Shown here one piece after another: positions 50,920 through 62,982 of a stretch of DNA of 64,000 nucleotides. The DNA lies in contig PCWB01000055.1 of the NCBI GenBank assembly GCA_002796135.1, positions 22,109 through 86,108 on the forward strand, given 5' to 3'. The position numbers were made by a program, and so were the translations under genes. The notes beneath the pieces are model-generated. The model saw nothing but the letters and a program-made list of their open reading frames with translations, did no database searches and was not told the DNA's origin. Positions within the stretch are counted from its first letter, which is position 1. Every line of letters starts with the position of its first letter. Source of the stretch: Candidatus Omnitrophica bacterium CG11_big_fil_rev_8_21_14_0_20_41_12 (GTDB lineage: Bacteria; Omnitrophota; Gorgyraeia; Gygaellales; Profunditerraquicolaceae).

Positions 50920-53484
50920 ATGAGTAAAGAAAGTTTATTTCTGATCGACGCTACTGCATTTTGTTACCGGGCATTCTATGCCTTAAAGGATTTAAGGACA
51001 TCTTCAGGCCAGGCGACCAATGCCATCTACGGATTTTTGAATATCCTTAATAAAATATTAAAAGAGCAGAAGCCGGATCGTTTAATTTGTTGTTTTGATG
51101 TTTCACGCGATACTTTCCGGCTGGCTAAGTTTGCTCAGTATAAGATGCAAAGAGAAGCTATGCCCGATGGCCTGGTGAGCCAGATTCCCATCATCAAAGA
51201 GATTATTCGCGCCTATGGGATACCTATTTTTGAGCAAAAAGGGTTGGAAGCGGATGATATTATTGCGCATCTGGCCAGGAAGGCAGCAGCGAAAAAAATT
51301 TCCGTGACCATTGTCTCTAGCGATAAAGATATTTTACAATTAGTCGATAAGTATATTTCGGTATTTAGCCCTTATAAAGATGAAGGTATAATTTATGATG
51401 CGGCTAAAGTTAAGGAGCGTTTTGGGGTTAGCCCACAGCAGGTTAGCGATATTATTTCTCTGGTGGGAGATATTGCCGATAATATCCCGGGAGTCCCGGG
51501 GATCGGAGAGGTGACCGCAAAAAAACTTATCACTGAATTCGGTTCGTTGGATAAATTACTTAAACATATTTCCGAGGTGGAACCTGAAAAAATCAGAGAA
51601 AGTATAGTTGCTCATCTTGACCGTATAAAATTAAATAAAGAGCTGATCAGCCTGGATCGTAAAATGGAGATGAAGCTGGATCTGAATCAGGCTAAAGTGG
51701 GCAAACCGGATTATCCGGAGTTATCCCGGATCTTTAAAAAATTAGAGTTTAAGAAACTCTTAAGCGAGCTTCCTGAGACGGATGAGGAAAAAACTCCGGT
51801 TAAGCTAGAGACTTGCGGTAAACAAGAAGTAAAAGATCTGCTGAGGCATACAGAAGAGATTTTTCTTTCCGGCTCTTGCGCCGATGATCTGGTCTTTGCT
51901 ATTGACGGTAAATTATTTGATGCTAAAAGCGCCAAGGATGATTTGTATAAAGTTATCTCCAGCGTCAGGGTAAAAAAGACCGGGCATGATCTTAAGAAAT
52001 TAAAGGCCGCTCTTTTTAAAGAGGACTTAATTTTAAACGGCCTGGATTTTGATACGATGATTGCCGCTCATCTCTTAAATCCTGCGCGTTCAAGTTATGC
52101 TATTAGCGACCTGGCATTGGAAAATCTGGGTGAATTTATCCGGCAGGGTGAAAATCTCGAAGCCAAAGAAGCATTGGCGCTGATCATTAAATTAAAGCCG
52201 GTGCTGATTAAGGCTCTAAAAGAAAAAGATCTATTTAGTTTATTTTGTGATCTGGAGATGCCTCTGGTAAGTATTTTGGCTCAGATGGAGGCTGACGGCA
52301 TTAAGCTGGACCTGAAGCTGCTTAAAAACCTTGCGCATGATATCGAGCAGAGGTTGATAAAATTGATTTCAGAAATCTATGAAGCCAGCGGAACGCAATT
52401 TAATATTAATTCTCCTAAACAGCTGGGGCAGGTTTTATTTGAAAAGTTAGGGCTGCCGGTAATTAAAAAAACCAAAACCGGCCCGTCTACGGATGAAGAG
52501 GTGCTTAACCGCCTCGCCAGCCAACATGCGCTGCCTGCTCTTTTGTTAGAATACCGGCAGTTGACTAAATTAAAAAATACCTATGTTGATGCTTTACCTA
52601 AATTGGTAGACCCAAAAGACGGCAGAGTGCATACTTCTTTTAATCAGACGGTAACCGAAACCGGCAGGCTTAGCTCTAGCAACCCTAACCTGCAGAATAT
52701 TCCGGTTAAAACCGATATTGGCGCCAAGATCAGAGAGGCGATCATTGCCACGGGAAAAGATAATTGTTTATTATCCTGTGACTATTCGCAGATAGAATTA
52801 AGAGTATTGGCGCATCTTTGCGGGGATGAAACATTGATCAAGGCCTTTCGCAACGATAATGATGTCCACCGCCTGACGGCATCTTTAATTAATAATATCG
52901 CCGAAGATAAAGTTAAGGATAATATGCGCGAGGTGGCTAAAAGGGTTAATTTTGGCATTATTTACGGCCAAAGCGCCTTCGGCCTGGCTAAGGATCTGGA
53001 TATTCCGATAAATCAAGCGCAGGATTTTATTGATGCATATTTTTTACGTTATCCGAAAGTAAAAAAATATATCGAAGCTCAAATCAAACAGGCGCAGGAG
53101 CAAGGGTTTGTGACGACATTATTTGGCAGAAGAAGATATCTTCCTGAAATTAATAATAAAAATATGGGGATCAGGCAGTTTGCTCAGCGCCAGGCAGTGA
53201 ACACTCCTATTCAGGGGACGGCCAGCGACTTGATCAAGATGGCGATGATCAACATCTCAGAGCAGATCAAGGCAAAAGAGCTCAAAGCTAAGATGATTTT
53301 GCAGATCCATGATGAGTTGGTTTTTGATCTGCCGAACGAAGAATTAAAGGTGCTTAGTGAAATGGTTAAAGATAAAATGGAGCATGTTTATAAATTGAAT
53401 GTGCCGATAAAAGTAGATATGAAAAAAGGGGCAAATTGGCTTAAGATGTCGGTTTGGCGCAGCAATCAGGAGGGCTCCCGATGA
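50920..53484 (+). CDS. polA: DNA polymerase I
   Basis: 5'-3' exonuclease (LIDA..YRAFYA, EADDII, GDIADNIPGV); TGRLSSSNPNLQNIP, DYSQIELR, QIHDEL. Confidence 0.97.
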   Translation: MSKESLFLIDATAFCYRAFYALKDLRTSSGQATNAIYGFLNILNKILKEQKPDRLICCFDVSRDTFRLAKFAQYKMQREAMPDGLVSQIPIIKEIIRAYGIPIFEQKGLEADDIIAHLARKAAAKKISVTIVSSDKDILQLVDKYISVFSPYKDEGIIYDAAKVKERFGVSPQQVSDIISLVGDIADNIPGVPGIGEVTAKKLITEFGSLDKLLKHISEVEPEKIRESIVAHLDRIKLNKELISLDRKMEMKLDLNQAKVGKPDYPELSRIFKKLEFKKLLSELPETDEEKTPVKLETCGKQEVKDLLRHTEEIFLSGSCADDLVFAIDGKLFDAKSAKDDLYKVISSVRVKKTGHDLKKLKAALFKEDLILNGLDFDTMIAAHLLNPARSSYAISDLALENLGEFIRQGENLEAKEALALIIKLKPVLIKALKEKDLFSLFCDLEMPLVSILAQMEADGIKLDLKLLKNLAHDIEQRLIKLISEIYEASGTQFNINSPKQLGQVLFEKLGLPVIKKTKTGPSTDEEVLNRLASQHALPALLLEYRQLTKLKNTYVDALPKLVDPKDGRVHTSFNQTVTETGRLSSSNPNLQNIPVKTDIGAKIREAIIATGKDNCLLSCDYSQIELRVLAHLCGDETLIKAFRNDNDVHRLTASLINNIAEDKVKDNMREVAKRVNFGIIYGQSAFGLAKDLDIPINQAQDFIDAYFLRYPKVKKYIEAQIKQAQEQGFVTTLFGRRRYLPEINNKNMGIRQFAQRQAVNTPIQGTASDLIKMAMINISEQIKAKELKAKMILQIHDELVFDLPNEELKVLSEMVKDKMEHVYKLNVPIKVDMKKGANWLKMSVWRSNQEGSR

Positions 53485-54863
53485 AAATAGCGGTGGCGCT
53501 CTCAGAGATGGTTCCTTTTGCTAAGACCGGCGGGCTTGCCGATGTCGGCGGCGCCCTGCCTTTGGACTTAGAGTATTGCGGACATGAAGTAATTATACTT
53601 ATGCCCGGATATAAATGCATCCGGGATTCTAAATTAAAGATCCGCAGGGTTTCTAAAGATATATCATCTTCAACGATCGGTAAAAATATTAAAGTTTATT
53701 TTATCGAGCATGATTTTTATTTTAACCGCGACTGCATTTACGGCGACAAAGACGGTGATTACTGGGATAATTTGGAACGGTTTGCTTTTTTCTGCCGCCG
53801 AGGGCTGGATTTGTTGAAGGAGATAAATTTTAGCGCCGACATATTGCATCTGCATGACTGGCAGTCAAGCCTGATGGCGGTTTATCTGAAAACTCTATAT
53901 TCAGAAGATAATTTTTATAGCCGGACCAGGAGCCTTTTAACGATCCACAATATCGGTTATCAGGGGGTTTTTGCCAAAGAGGAGTTTAAAAAACTTGGCC
54001 TTGAGAATAAATATTTTGATATTAATGGTCTTGAATTTTATGATAAGGTTAATTTGCTCAAGGGCGGGATAATTTTTTCTGATTTTATAAATACCGTTAG
54101 TCCTACTTATGCCAAGGAGATCCAGACCAAAGAGTTTGGTTTTGGTTTAGAGGGGCTCTTAAAGAAACGAAAAGATGTCTTAAGCGGGATATTAAACGGC
54201 ATAGATTACTCTGTTTGGGATCCGGATGCGGATGAATTTATCATACAGAATTATTCTGCGCGCGATATTGAGCGAAAAATTCTGAATAAAGAGGATCTGC
54301 AGCGGCAATGCGGGTTAGCGTTAAATGCAGAGCTACCCGTTTTAGGCATTGTATCTCGCCTGGCAAAGCAGAAAGGCTTTGATATTCTTACTGCCTCACT
54401 TGAGGAGCTTTGTAAAATGGATCTCCAATTAATCATCCTGGGAATCGGGGATGATAAGTACCACCAGCTTTTAAAGGCAGCTGCTAAAAAATATCCGAAA
54501 GTCGTTGCTCTGAATTTAAATTTCGATGATCCGCTGGCGCACAAGATTTACGCAGGATGCGATATTTTTCTGATGCCTTCAAAATATGAACCCTGCGGCC
54601 TCGGCCAATTGATCAGTTTGCGCTATGGCACAATACCGCTGGTTTTTAAGACCGGAGGCCTTGCGGACACGATTACTAAAAATAACGGTTTTATTTTTAC
54701 CGATTATACTAAAGAGGGTCTTTTGCAAATAGTTAAGAAGGCCACATTAGCTTTTAAAAATAAAATTGAGTGGAAGCGTTTAATTTTAAATGCAATGCAA
54801 TGTAATTTTTCCTGGAAGGTCTCAGCGGATAAGTATAGCTATCTCTATGCCAAAGCTAAATAA
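53481..54863 (+). CDS. glgA: Glycogen synthase (GT5)
   Basis: SEMVPFAKTGGLADV, HLHDWQ, TIHNIGYQG, MPSKYEPCGLGQ; ATG 53481 overlaps the polA stop. Confidence 0.95.
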   Translation: MKIAVALSEMVPFAKTGGLADVGGALPLDLEYCGHEVIILMPGYKCIRDSKLKIRRVSKDISSSTIGKNIKVYFIEHDFYFNRDCIYGDKDGDYWDNLERFAFFCRRGLDLLKEINFSADILHLHDWQSSLMAVYLKTLYSEDNFYSRTRSLLTIHNIGYQGVFAKEEFKKLGLENKYFDINGLEFYDKVNLLKGGIIFSDFINTVSPTYAKEIQTKEFGFGLEGLLKKRKDVLSGILNGIDYSVWDPDADEFIIQNYSARDIERKILNKEDLQRQCGLALNAELPVLGIVSRLAKQKGFDILTASLEELCKMDLQLIILGIGDDKYHQLLKAAAKKYPKVVALNLNFDDPLAHKIYAGCDIFLMPSKYEPCGLGQLISLRYGTIPLVFKTGGLADTITKNNGFIFTDYTKEGLLQIVKKATLAFKNKIEWKRLILNAMQCNFSWKVSADKYSYLYAKAK

Positions 54864-55455
54864 AAATAAGTTTATTTTAGGCGTCACCGGTAATCTTGCC
54901 TGCGGAAAGAGCACGGTGGCAGCGATGTTTAAAACCCAAGATTGCTTGCTGATTGACGCTGACCGGCTGGGGCACAGGTTTTTATCCGCGCCAGGCCTCG
55001 TTTATAAAAAGATCATCAACACTTTCGGAGAGGGAATTCTTGATCCGGATAAGAAAATCAACCGGGCAAAATTAGCCAAAAGAGTTTTTGCCGGTAAAAA
55101 GGATTTAGCCAGGCTTAATGCCATTGTGCATCCGGTATTGATCAAGGAGATCAAGCGCCTGATTAAAAATTCAGATAAGAAAATTATTATTCTTGATGCT
55201 GCTTTGATCATTGAGGCAGGATTAAGAAAAATAGCGGATAAGCTTGTCGTGGTCACAGCCAAAAAAAACCAGCAGATCTTACGCCAACAGAAAGGAGCAG
55301 GGCTTAGCAGGGAGGATATTCTATCGAGGTTAAAATCTCAGATTTCGCAAAGCAAAAAAAAGCGCTTTGCGGATTTCATTATAGATAACAGTGGTTCAAT
55401 CGTAGAAACCAAAAAACAGGTGTGCGCAATAAGGAGGAAGTTGTGGAAAAGTTAG
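54847..55455 (+). CDS. coaE: Dephospho-CoA kinase
   Basis: [30 protein letters not shown]. Confidence 0.93.
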   Translation: MPKLNKNKFILGVTGNLACGKSTVAAMFKTQDCLLIDADRLGHRFLSAPGLVYKKIINTFGEGILDPDKKINRAKLAKRVFAGKKDLARLNAIVHPVLIKEIKRLIKNSDKKIIILDAALIIEAGLRKIADKLVVVTAKKNQQILRQQKGAGLSREDILSRLKSQISQSKKKRFADFIIDNSGSIVETKKQVCAIRRKLWKS

Positions 55456-56702
55456 ATATTAAGAAGCTTAAAGAAATGAAGATTACCGAGTTAAATAAAC
55501 TGGCCAAGGAATTAAACGCCAATGGCACCAGCGGCTTAAAAAAACAGGACCTGATTTTCAAAATACTTCAGGCCCAGGCTGAGAAAGAAGGCTTGATGTT
55601 CGGGGAAGGAGTTTTGGAGATCCTTTCCGAAGGTTTTGGTTTTTTAAGAAGCCCGAATTATAATTATCTGCCTTGTCCGGATGATATTTATATCTCTCCG
55701 TCACAGATCAGAAAGTTTGAATTGCGCACCGGGGATACGGTAAGCGGGCAGATTCGCCCTCCGAAAGAAGGGGAAAAATATTTTGCCCTGCTCAAGGTAG
55801 AGGCAGTGAACTTTGAAAATCCGGAAGAAGTAAAAGAAAAGGTGCTTTTTGATAATTTAACTCCGGTTTATCCCTGTTCGCCTTTTAACATGGAAACTAA
55901 GCCCGATGAATTGTCCATGCGCATTATGGAACTGCTTACTCCTATCGGCCGTGGCCAGCGCGGCTTGATCGTCGCTCAGCCGTATAGCGGTAAAACTGTT
56001 TTACTACAAAAGATTGCCAATGCGATTACGACTAATAATCCCGATGTTATCCTGATTGTTCTTCTGATCGATGAGCGTCCGGAAGAAGTCACGGATATGC
56101 AGCGTAATGTCAAAGGCGAAGTAATTTCATCTACTTTTGATGAGCCGCCGGAACGCCATGTTCAGGTTGCCGAGATTGTTTTGGAAAAAGCCAAACGTTT
56201 AGTTGAGCATAAACGAGATGTCGTGGTTCTTTTAGACAGTATAACTCGTCTGGCGCGCGCTTATAACTCCGTGGTTCCGCATAGCGGAAAGGTGCTCTCA
56301 GGAGGTATTGATTCTAACGCTCTGCAGAAACCAAAGAGGTTCTTTGGAGCCGCACGTGCGGTAGATGAAGGCGGAAGTTTAACGATTATTGCTACCGCTT
56401 TGGTTGATACCGGAAGCCGCATGGATGAAGTTATCTTCGAAGAGTTTAAGGGTACCGGCAATATGGAAACTCAGCTTGATCGTAATTTATTTCAGCGCAG
56501 GATTTACCCGGCAATTGACATCAAGCGTTCCAATACCCGCCATGAAGAGCTCCTGGTCAAGCCGGATGTGTTGCAGAAGACCTGGATATTGAGAAAAGTA
56601 CTAAATGAATTAAATAACGTCGAAGCCATGGAGCTGTTAATCGAGAAGTTAGGGAAAACCAAGAATAACGAAGAATTTTTAAACAGTATGAACCAGAAAT
56701 AA
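55443..56702 (+). CDS. rho: Transcription termination factor Rho
   Basis: [40 protein letters not shown]; SD AGGAGG then GTG 55443. Confidence 0.97.
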   Translation: MEKLDIKKLKEMKITELNKLAKELNANGTSGLKKQDLIFKILQAQAEKEGLMFGEGVLEILSEGFGFLRSPNYNYLPCPDDIYISPSQIRKFELRTGDTVSGQIRPPKEGEKYFALLKVEAVNFENPEEVKEKVLFDNLTPVYPCSPFNMETKPDELSMRIMELLTPIGRGQRGLIVAQPYSGKTVLLQKIANAITTNNPDVILIVLLIDERPEEVTDMQRNVKGEVISSTFDEPPERHVQVAEIVLEKAKRLVEHKRDVVVLLDSITRLARAYNSVVPHSGKVLSGGIDSNALQKPKRFFGAARAVDEGGSLTIIATALVDTGSRMDEVIFEEFKGTGNMETQLDRNLFQRRIYPAIDIKRSNTRHEELLVKPDVLQKTWILRKVLNELNNVEAMELLIEKLGKTKNNEEFLNSMNQK

Positions 56703-56715
56703 AGGGGGAAATAAA

Positions 56716-56916
56716 ATGAAAGAGAAAATACATCCTAATTACAAAGAAAGCACGATTATTTGTGCCTGCGGCGAGACGGTGCATACCCGCTCGACTAAGC
56801 CCAGTATCCGTGTAGAAATCTGCTCAAAGTGCCATCCGTTTTTTACCGGTAAGCAGAAGTTAGTGGATTCAGCCGGACGCGTGGATAAGTTTGTGAAGAA
56901 ATATGGTAAAAAATAA
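56716..56916 (+). CDS. rpmE: 50S ribosomal protein L31 (zinc-binding type)
   Basis: [23 protein letters not shown]. Confidence 0.97.
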   Translation: MKEKIHPNYKESTIICACGETVHTRSTKPSIRVEICSKCHPFFTGKQKLVDSAGRVDKFVKKYGKK

Positions 56917-56917
56917 A

Positions 56918-57976
56918 ATGCACGAGCAGTTAGAAAAACTAACTGCTCGTTATCAGGAGCTTGAACATCTTTTAGCTGATCATGAGCAGATCGCCGACCG
57001 CCAGCAGTATAATAAGCTGGCTAAAGAGCTTTCTGATATCAAGGAGCTGGTTTCTTTATTTGGCGAATATAAGAACTTGCTTAAAGAGGCTACTGATCTT
57101 GAGACGGTATTAAGCGGAAAGTATGATCAGGATTTTGTTGAGCTGGCCCACGATGAGCTTAAGAATCTGGAAATTAAAAAAACCGGGATTGTCGCAGAAT
57201 TAAATAAAAAGATGGCAGGTGTTGATAAAGACGCCGGCCGTAATTGTATCATTGAGATCCGTCAGGGTACCGGCGGAGATGAGGCAGGGCTTTTTGCCGC
57301 TGATCTCTACCGGATGTATTCCAAGTATGCTGCAATTAAAGGCTGGGATATCGAGGAGATGTCTTCTAGCGTTAATGAAGCCGGCGGAATCAAAGAAATA
57401 ATTTTTGGTGTAAAAGGAAAGGATTCTTTCCGTCTTTTAAAATTTGAAAGCGGAGTGCACCGGGTGCAGCGCGTGCCTACCACTGAGTCTCAAGGCAGAA
57501 TTCATACTTCTACGGCAACGGTGGCGGTTTTGCGTGAACCGGAGGAAGTTGATCTGGTGATTGAGCCCAAAGATCTAAGGATCGATACATATCGCTCCAG
57601 CGGCCCCGGCGGCCAGCATATGCAGAAAACCGATTCAGCGGTAAGGATCACGCACATTCCTTCAGGAACAGCAGTTGCCTGTCAGGATGAGCGTTCACAG
57701 ATCAAGAATCGAGCCAAGGCGATGCGTGTTTTGCGCGCCCGTATCTTAGAGGTTAAGATAGAGGAGGAGGCGAAAAGATTATCCAGCGCCCGTAAAACTC
57801 AGATCGGCACCGGTGATCGCAGTGAAAAAATACGCACCTATAATTTTCCCGACCGCAGGATTACCGACCATAGGATCAACTTTACCTCGCATCAGTTAGA
57901 GGGGATTTTAGAAGGCCAGATGGATGAGCTTTTTGAGGCCCTATTAAAAGCCGAGCAAGAGAAAAAAAATGAATGA
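56918..57976 (+). CDS. prfA: Peptide chain release factor 1
   Basis: GTGGDEA, ESGVHRVQRVPTTE (PxT), GGQ, RSEKIRTYNF. Confidence 0.96.
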   Translation: MHEQLEKLTARYQELEHLLADHEQIADRQQYNKLAKELSDIKELVSLFGEYKNLLKEATDLETVLSGKYDQDFVELAHDELKNLEIKKTGIVAELNKKMAGVDKDAGRNCIIEIRQGTGGDEAGLFAADLYRMYSKYAAIKGWDIEEMSSSVNEAGGIKEIIFGVKGKDSFRLLKFESGVHRVQRVPTTESQGRIHTSTATVAVLREPEEVDLVIEPKDLRIDTYRSSGPGGQHMQKTDSAVRITHIPSGTAVACQDERSQIKNRAKAMRVLRARILEVKIEEEAKRLSSARKTQIGTGDRSEKIRTYNFPDRRITDHRINFTSHQLEGILEGQMDELFEALLKAEQEKKNE

Positions 57977-58754
57977 GGCAGAGCTAGTTTTAAGCCATGT
58001 TTTAAATTGTGACAAGCTGTCTTTATATTTGAATAAAGATATTAATCTAACCAAAGGTAATTCTGTTTTAATATCTGAAATACTTAAGCGCAGGATCAGC
58101 GGTGAGCCGCTGCAGTATATTTTAGGCAAGACTGAATTTATGGGTCTGGAGTTTAAGGTGGACAAACGGGCACTGATCCCCCGCCCGGAAACCGAGATTT
58201 TAGTTGAGACGGCGATCAACGAATTAAGAACAGCAGGTATTAGTTGCCCTAAAATTTTTGACCTTGGCACAGGATCAGGCTGTATCGCAATATCAATAGC
58301 TAAACTTTTACCCGGCGCAATTATTTGGGCTGCGGATATATCCAAGGAAGCTCTGCAATTAGCCGCAGCGAACGCTGAATCAAATAAAGCAGAAATTAAA
58401 TTTTTACGCAGCGATATTTTTAGTGCCCTTGAATTAAAAAACGAGCAATTTGACCTGATCATCAGCAATCCGCCTTATGTGGCAGTCTCTGAATTAAGTA
58501 GTTTAGCTAAAGAAATATCTTTTGAGCCTAGATGCGCCTTAGCTGCAGGGATCGAGGGGCTGGATTTTTATGCGTTGATCAGTGCTCAGGCACAGGTTTA
58601 TTTAAAAATTGGCGGGATATTGGCTTTTGAGGTGGGGGTCAACCAATCCCAACAGGTCTGCGCCATGTTGTTTAAAGAAAATTTTAGTGATATCAAGACA
58701 ATTAAAGATTATAATAATATTAATCGGGTAGTCATGGGAAGGAAAAATCTTTAG
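57969..58754 (+). CDS. prmC: Release factor glutamine methyltransferase
   Basis: GEPLQYILG, LIPRPETE, DLGTGSG, SNPPY. Confidence 0.95.
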   Translation: MNEAELVLSHVLNCDKLSLYLNKDINLTKGNSVLISEILKRRISGEPLQYILGKTEFMGLEFKVDKRALIPRPETEILVETAINELRTAGISCPKIFDLGTGSGCIAISIAKLLPGAIIWAADISKEALQLAAANAESNKAEIKFLRSDIFSALELKNEQFDLIISNPPYVAVSELSSLAKEISFEPRCALAAGIEGLDFYALISAQAQVYLKIGGILAFEVGVNQSQQVCAMLFKENFSDIKTIKDYNNINRVVMGRKNL

Positions 58755-60017
58755 ATGGATAAATTAATAATTGAAGGCGGAGCAAAATTAAAGGGAGAGG
58801 TTACGGTCTCCGGAGCAAAAAACGCCGTACTGCCGATTCTGGCGGCGACTTTACTTACTGATGAGCCTTGCGAGATCCGCGGAGTGCCGAATCTGCGGGA
58901 TACTACCAGCATGCTTAAGCTTCTACGTTCTCTGGGTAAAGCCGTGGAATTTGATAAAGGAAGGGTAATTGTTGCTGCGGGAAAAACTTCAAGTTATATT
59001 GCCGAATATAAATTAGTTTCAACAATGCGTGCTTCATTTTGTGTTTTGGGCCCGCTTTTAGGTAAATTTAAAAAAGCTAAAGTTTCTCTGCCCGGAGGCT
59101 GTGTTATCGGAGTGCGGCCGGTAGACCTGCATTTAAAAGGGATTAAGGCGCTGGGTGCTGATATTTGCATCGAAGCAGGTTATGTGGTAGCGACGGCAAA
59201 AAAATTACGCGGCTCATACATTTATCTAGGCGGAGTTTACGGATCTTCGGTTTTAGCGACCGATAATGTGATGATGGCTGCGGTTTTAGCCAGCGGCAAA
59301 ACGATAATTGAATCTGCAGCGTGCGAACCGGAGGTCGTGGATCTGGCGGAATTTCTGATTAAGATGGGGGCAAAAATTAAAGGCTATGGCACGCCGGTGA
59401 TTGAGATCGAAGGGGTAAAGCATTTGCATGGGGCAACGCATTTAATCATTCCCGATCGTATCGAAGCCGGAACTTTAATTTTAGCGTCTTTAATTACTGA
59501 AGGAGATGTTTTAATTAAGAACGTGCGCTACGCGCATTTAGGTTCTTTGATGGATAAATTATCCGAGGCTGGCGCAAATGTTACGCATGCTGAGAGCTCT
59601 TTACGCGTTAAAGGCAACCGCAGATTAAAGAGTATTAATTTAACTACGCTTCCGTATCCGGGATTTCCGACGGATATGCAGGCGCAGATGATGAGTTTAA
59701 TGGCGGTCACCCGCGGGATCAGCGTAATTACCGAAAAAATTTATCCGGATAGGTTTATGCATGTTTCCGAGCTTAACCGTATGGGCGCACACATTCAGAG
59801 AGAAGGACCGCATGCAATTGTCGAGGGGATCAAAAGATTATCCGGAGCCCCGGTGATGGCTTCTGATCTGCGCGCATCTGCGGGTTTAGTTTTAGCGGGG
59901 CTAGCGGCAAGCGGCAAAACCTCAGTTTCCAGAATTTATCACTTAGAGCGCGGTTATGAATTAATCGAACAGAAACTGATCAATCTGGGCGCTAAAGTTT
60001 GGAGAGAAAAAGAATGA
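58755..60017 (+). CDS. murA: UDP-N-acetylglucosamine 1-carboxyvinyltransferase
   Basis: [38 protein letters not shown]. Confidence 0.97.
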   Translation: MDKLIIEGGAKLKGEVTVSGAKNAVLPILAATLLTDEPCEIRGVPNLRDTTSMLKLLRSLGKAVEFDKGRVIVAAGKTSSYIAEYKLVSTMRASFCVLGPLLGKFKKAKVSLPGGCVIGVRPVDLHLKGIKALGADICIEAGYVVATAKKLRGSYIYLGGVYGSSVLATDNVMMAAVLASGKTIIESAACEPEVVDLAEFLIKMGAKIKGYGTPVIEIEGVKHLHGATHLIIPDRIEAGTLILASLITEGDVLIKNVRYAHLGSLMDKLSEAGANVTHAESSLRVKGNRRLKSINLTTLPYPGFPTDMQAQMMSLMAVTRGISVITEKIYPDRFMHVSELNRMGAHIQREGPHAIVEGIKRLSGAPVMASDLRASAGLVLAGLAASGKTSVSRIYHLERGYELIEQKLINLGAKVWREKE

Positions 60018-60580
60018 TTCTAATGATCGATAATTATGATTCCTTCACCTATAACCTGGTGCAATATTTAGGGGAGTTAGGCCAGGATGTTCAAGTTTTT
60101 CGTAATGATGCATTGACGGTCAAGGATATTAAAAAACTTAATCCGGATAAAATCGTGATCTCTCCGGGGCCGGGCAGGCCAGAGGATGCGGGTATCTCTT
60201 GTGAGGTGATCAAGGAATTTTGCGACAAAATACCTATTTTAGGAGTCTGTCTGGGGCATCAGGCAATCGGTTATTGTTTCGGGGGAAAAATCGTCGGGGC
60301 TAAAAGATTAATGCACGGTAAAACCTCAAAGATCTACCATAATAAAAAAGATATTTTTAAAAATATCCCCAATCCTTTTTTGGCTACCCGGTATCATTCT
60401 TTATTGGTGGATAAGAAAAGCCTGCCGGATTGCTTAGAGATAACCGCCTCGACCAAGGAAAATGAAATTATGGGTTTAAAACATAAAGCATATCCGCTTT
60501 GGGGAGTGCAGTTTCATCCGGAATCAATTCTTACCAAAAGCGGAAAACAGATTTTGGATAATTTTATAAAAATTAAATGA
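60014..60580 (+). CDS. trpG: Anthranilate/aminodeoxychorismate synthase glutamine amidotransferase
   Basis: [35 protein letters not shown]. Confidence 0.92.
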   Translation: MILMIDNYDSFTYNLVQYLGELGQDVQVFRNDALTVKDIKKLNPDKIVISPGPGRPEDAGISCEVIKEFCDKIPILGVCLGHQAIGYCFGGKIVGAKRLMHGKTSKIYHNKKDIFKNIPNPFLATRYHSLLVDKKSLPDCLEITASTKENEIMGLKHKAYPLWGVQFHPESILTKSGKQILDNFIKIK

Positions 60581-61584
60581 TCAAAGACTTAATTCAACAG
60601 CTGCTTGAGAAAAAAGACCTTTCTGAATCGCAGATGCAACAGGCGATGCGCGCGATTTTAAGCGGGATAACCTCGACCGAAGATATTGTTGCGTTTTTAA
60701 CTGCGCTAAGTGATAAGGGCGAGACTGTGGAAGAGTTGACTGCGGCAGTAAATGTCATGCTCAAAAATGTCGATCCGATCATTGTCGATAAGGAAAATAT
60801 TTTAGATACCTGCGGAACCGGAGGAGATAAAAAGGGAACTTTTAATATCTCCACGCTTACCGCTCTGGTTGCCAGTGGCGCAGGAGTTACTGTTGCCAAG
60901 CATGGTAACCGTTCGGTATCTAGCCAATGCGGAAGCGCAGATATTTTGGAGGCATTGGGCGTAAATATTAATATGGACAGAGAAAAAATAAAAAGATGCC
61001 TCAAAGATGCAGGTATTGCTTTTTTGTTTGCGCCGAACCTGCATTCGGCGATGCGCTATGTTGCTCCGGCAAGAAAACAGATTGCTCAGAGGACGATGTT
61101 TAATATTCTCGGCCCGCTGCTTAACCCGGCGCGAGCCACTAACCAGTTAATCGGCGTGTATTCTAAAATATGGGTCAAACCATTGGCGCAGGTTTTGCAT
61201 AATTTAGGCTCAAAGCATATCCTGGTGGTCTATGGCGCTGACGGCCTGGATGAGGTGACTACGACGGACAAGAGCTTTGTTGCGGAGATAGTCAACGGTG
61301 AATTAAAAGAATATGAGATTACCCCCGAGAATTTTGGTTTTAAGAAGTCTAATATTAATGATTTATTAGGCGGCTCGATCAAAGAGAATGTGTCGATTGC
61401 CCGTGACGTATTGGCAGGAGAAAGAGGAGCTCACCGGGATATTGTTTTATTTAATGCCGGATGTGCAATTTATACTGCCGATAAAACAGATACGATTGAG
61501 GCAGGAATAAAACTTGCGGCAAGCTCAATTGATTCCGGTTCAGCATTGCATAAGCTTGAACTTTTAAAGGAGTATTCGCAATAA
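60577..61584 (+). CDS. trpD: Anthranilate phosphoribosyltransferase
   Basis: [29 protein letters not shown]. Confidence 0.96.
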   Translation: MIKDLIQQLLEKKDLSESQMQQAMRAILSGITSTEDIVAFLTALSDKGETVEELTAAVNVMLKNVDPIIVDKENILDTCGTGGDKKGTFNISTLTALVASGAGVTVAKHGNRSVSSQCGSADILEALGVNINMDREKIKRCLKDAGIAFLFAPNLHSAMRYVAPARKQIAQRTMFNILGPLLNPARATNQLIGVYSKIWVKPLAQVLHNLGSKHILVVYGADGLDEVTTTDKSFVAEIVNGELKEYEITPENFGFKKSNINDLLGGSIKENVSIARDVLAGERGAHRDIVLFNAGCAIYTADKTDTIEAGIKLAASSIDSGSALHKLELLKEYSQ

Positions 61585-61585
61585 A

Positions 61586-62374
61586 ATGGGGAAAGCCGAT
61601 GTTTTAAAAGATATCGTTGCCAAGAAAAAAGAAAGACTTGCTTTGGCGATGCAACAGCTTGGCCTAGACGATTTAAAAGCAAAATTAGTTGGTTTACCGG
61701 CGCCGCGTCCGTTTAAGGAAGCAATCAGCAAGCCGCGGCAGATTTCTTTGATTGCTGAAATCAAGCAAGCTTCCCCTTCTAAGGGAGTGATCCGGCAGAA
61801 TTTTAATTTACAGGAAATTGCTCAGGCTTATCAGGATGCAGGAGTCCAAGCCATTTCAGTTTTAACTGAAGAGGATTTTTTTGGCGGCAATCCGGCTTAT
61901 ATTAATGAAGTAAAAAATATATTCACCGGTCCGGTGTTACGAAAAGATTTTATCCTGGAAAGTTATCAAGTCTATGAATCGCGTTACTTAGGGGCGGATG
62001 CAATCTTATTAATCGCGGATCTATTAACCAAAGAAAAATTTATTGAATTTATGGGGATCTGTGATGAACTTGGTATGGATTATATCGTCGAGGTTCATGA
62101 TGAAAAAGAGCTTAAAAAAGTATTAAGCTTAAAGGTCCCGATTGTCGGAATCAATAACCGTAATTTACGCACGTTGGAGGTTGATTTTAAGACCACAGAA
62201 AAATTGTTTACTCTTGTGCCCAAAGATAAAATCGTCGTTGTCGAAAGCGGGATCAAAAGTTCGCAGGATATTCTATTTCTTAAAATTTTAGGCGCCAGCG
62301 CTGTATTGATCGGCACAACCTTTATGGAGTCAGTCGATATTAAGGCTAAAGTAGAAGGGGTGATGGGGTGGTAA
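61586..62374 (+). CDS. trpC: Indole-3-glycerol phosphate synthase
   Basis: IAEIKQASPSKG, SVLTE, LRKDFI, GINNRNL, ESGI. Confidence 0.96.
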   Translation: MGKADVLKDIVAKKKERLALAMQQLGLDDLKAKLVGLPAPRPFKEAISKPRQISLIAEIKQASPSKGVIRQNFNLQEIAQAYQDAGVQAISVLTEEDFFGGNPAYINEVKNIFTGPVLRKDFILESYQVYESRYLGADAILLIADLLTKEKFIEFMGICDELGMDYIVEVHDEKELKKVLSLKVPIVGINNRNLRTLEVDFKTTEKLFTLVPKDKIVVVESGIKSSQDILFLKILGASAVLIGTTFMESVDIKAKVEGVMGW

Positions 62375-62982
62375 AAGTTAAGATTTGCGGGATAACGAAT
62401 TTAGAGGATGCGCTGTTGAGCTATTTTGCCGGAGCGCAGGCTTTGGGATTTGTTTTCTACAAAAAAAGTCCGCGCTACATCAGGCCCCAAAAGGCAAAAA
62501 ATATCGCTCGCATCCTGCCGAAGAAAATTAAGCTGGTGGGAGTTTTTGTCGATGAGAAGCCGGCAGCCGTAAAGAAGATCGCTAAACTTATCGGTTTAGA
62601 TATGTTGCAGTTTCATGGCAAGGAAACCCCTGAATACTGTAAAAAATTTAAAGGATATAAAGTAATCAAGGTTTTTAGAATCAGCAAAAAAGAAGATTTA
62701 GATTGTGTAGCCAAATACAAAACCTCTGCTTATTTATTCGACAGTTTTTCTAAGGCCGCTCCGGGTGGCACCGGCAATAAATTTAACTGGAAAATACTGG
62801 CGCAAACAGCTAAAATGGGACCTGTTCTATTTATTTCTGGTGGATTGACCAGCGCAAATGTCAAGCAGGCGATTAAATTATTAAAACCCGATTGGGTGGA
62901 TGCTTCAAGCTCTTTAGAATCAAGGCCCGGGAAAAAAGATAATCAAAGGATCGAAAAGTTTATCCAGGCAATTAAGTTATGA
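62368..62982 (+). CDS. trpF: Phosphoribosylanthranilate isomerase
   Basis: [29 protein letters not shown]. Confidence 0.95.
   Translation: MVKVKICGITNLEDALLSYFAGAQALGFVFYKKSPRYIRPQKAKNIARILPKKIKLVGVFVDEKPAAVKKIAKLIGLDMLQFHGKETPEYCKKFKGYKVIKVFRISKKEDLDCVAKYKTSAYLFDSFSKAAPGGTGNKFNWKILAQTAKMGPVLFISGGLTSANVKQAIKLLKPDWVDASSSLESRPGKKDNQRIEKFIQAIKL

Noticed and set aside
51800-52250. Degenerate 3'-5' exonuclease region of PolA
   Set aside because: Loss of proofreading motifs is common in bacterial Pol I; not unusual
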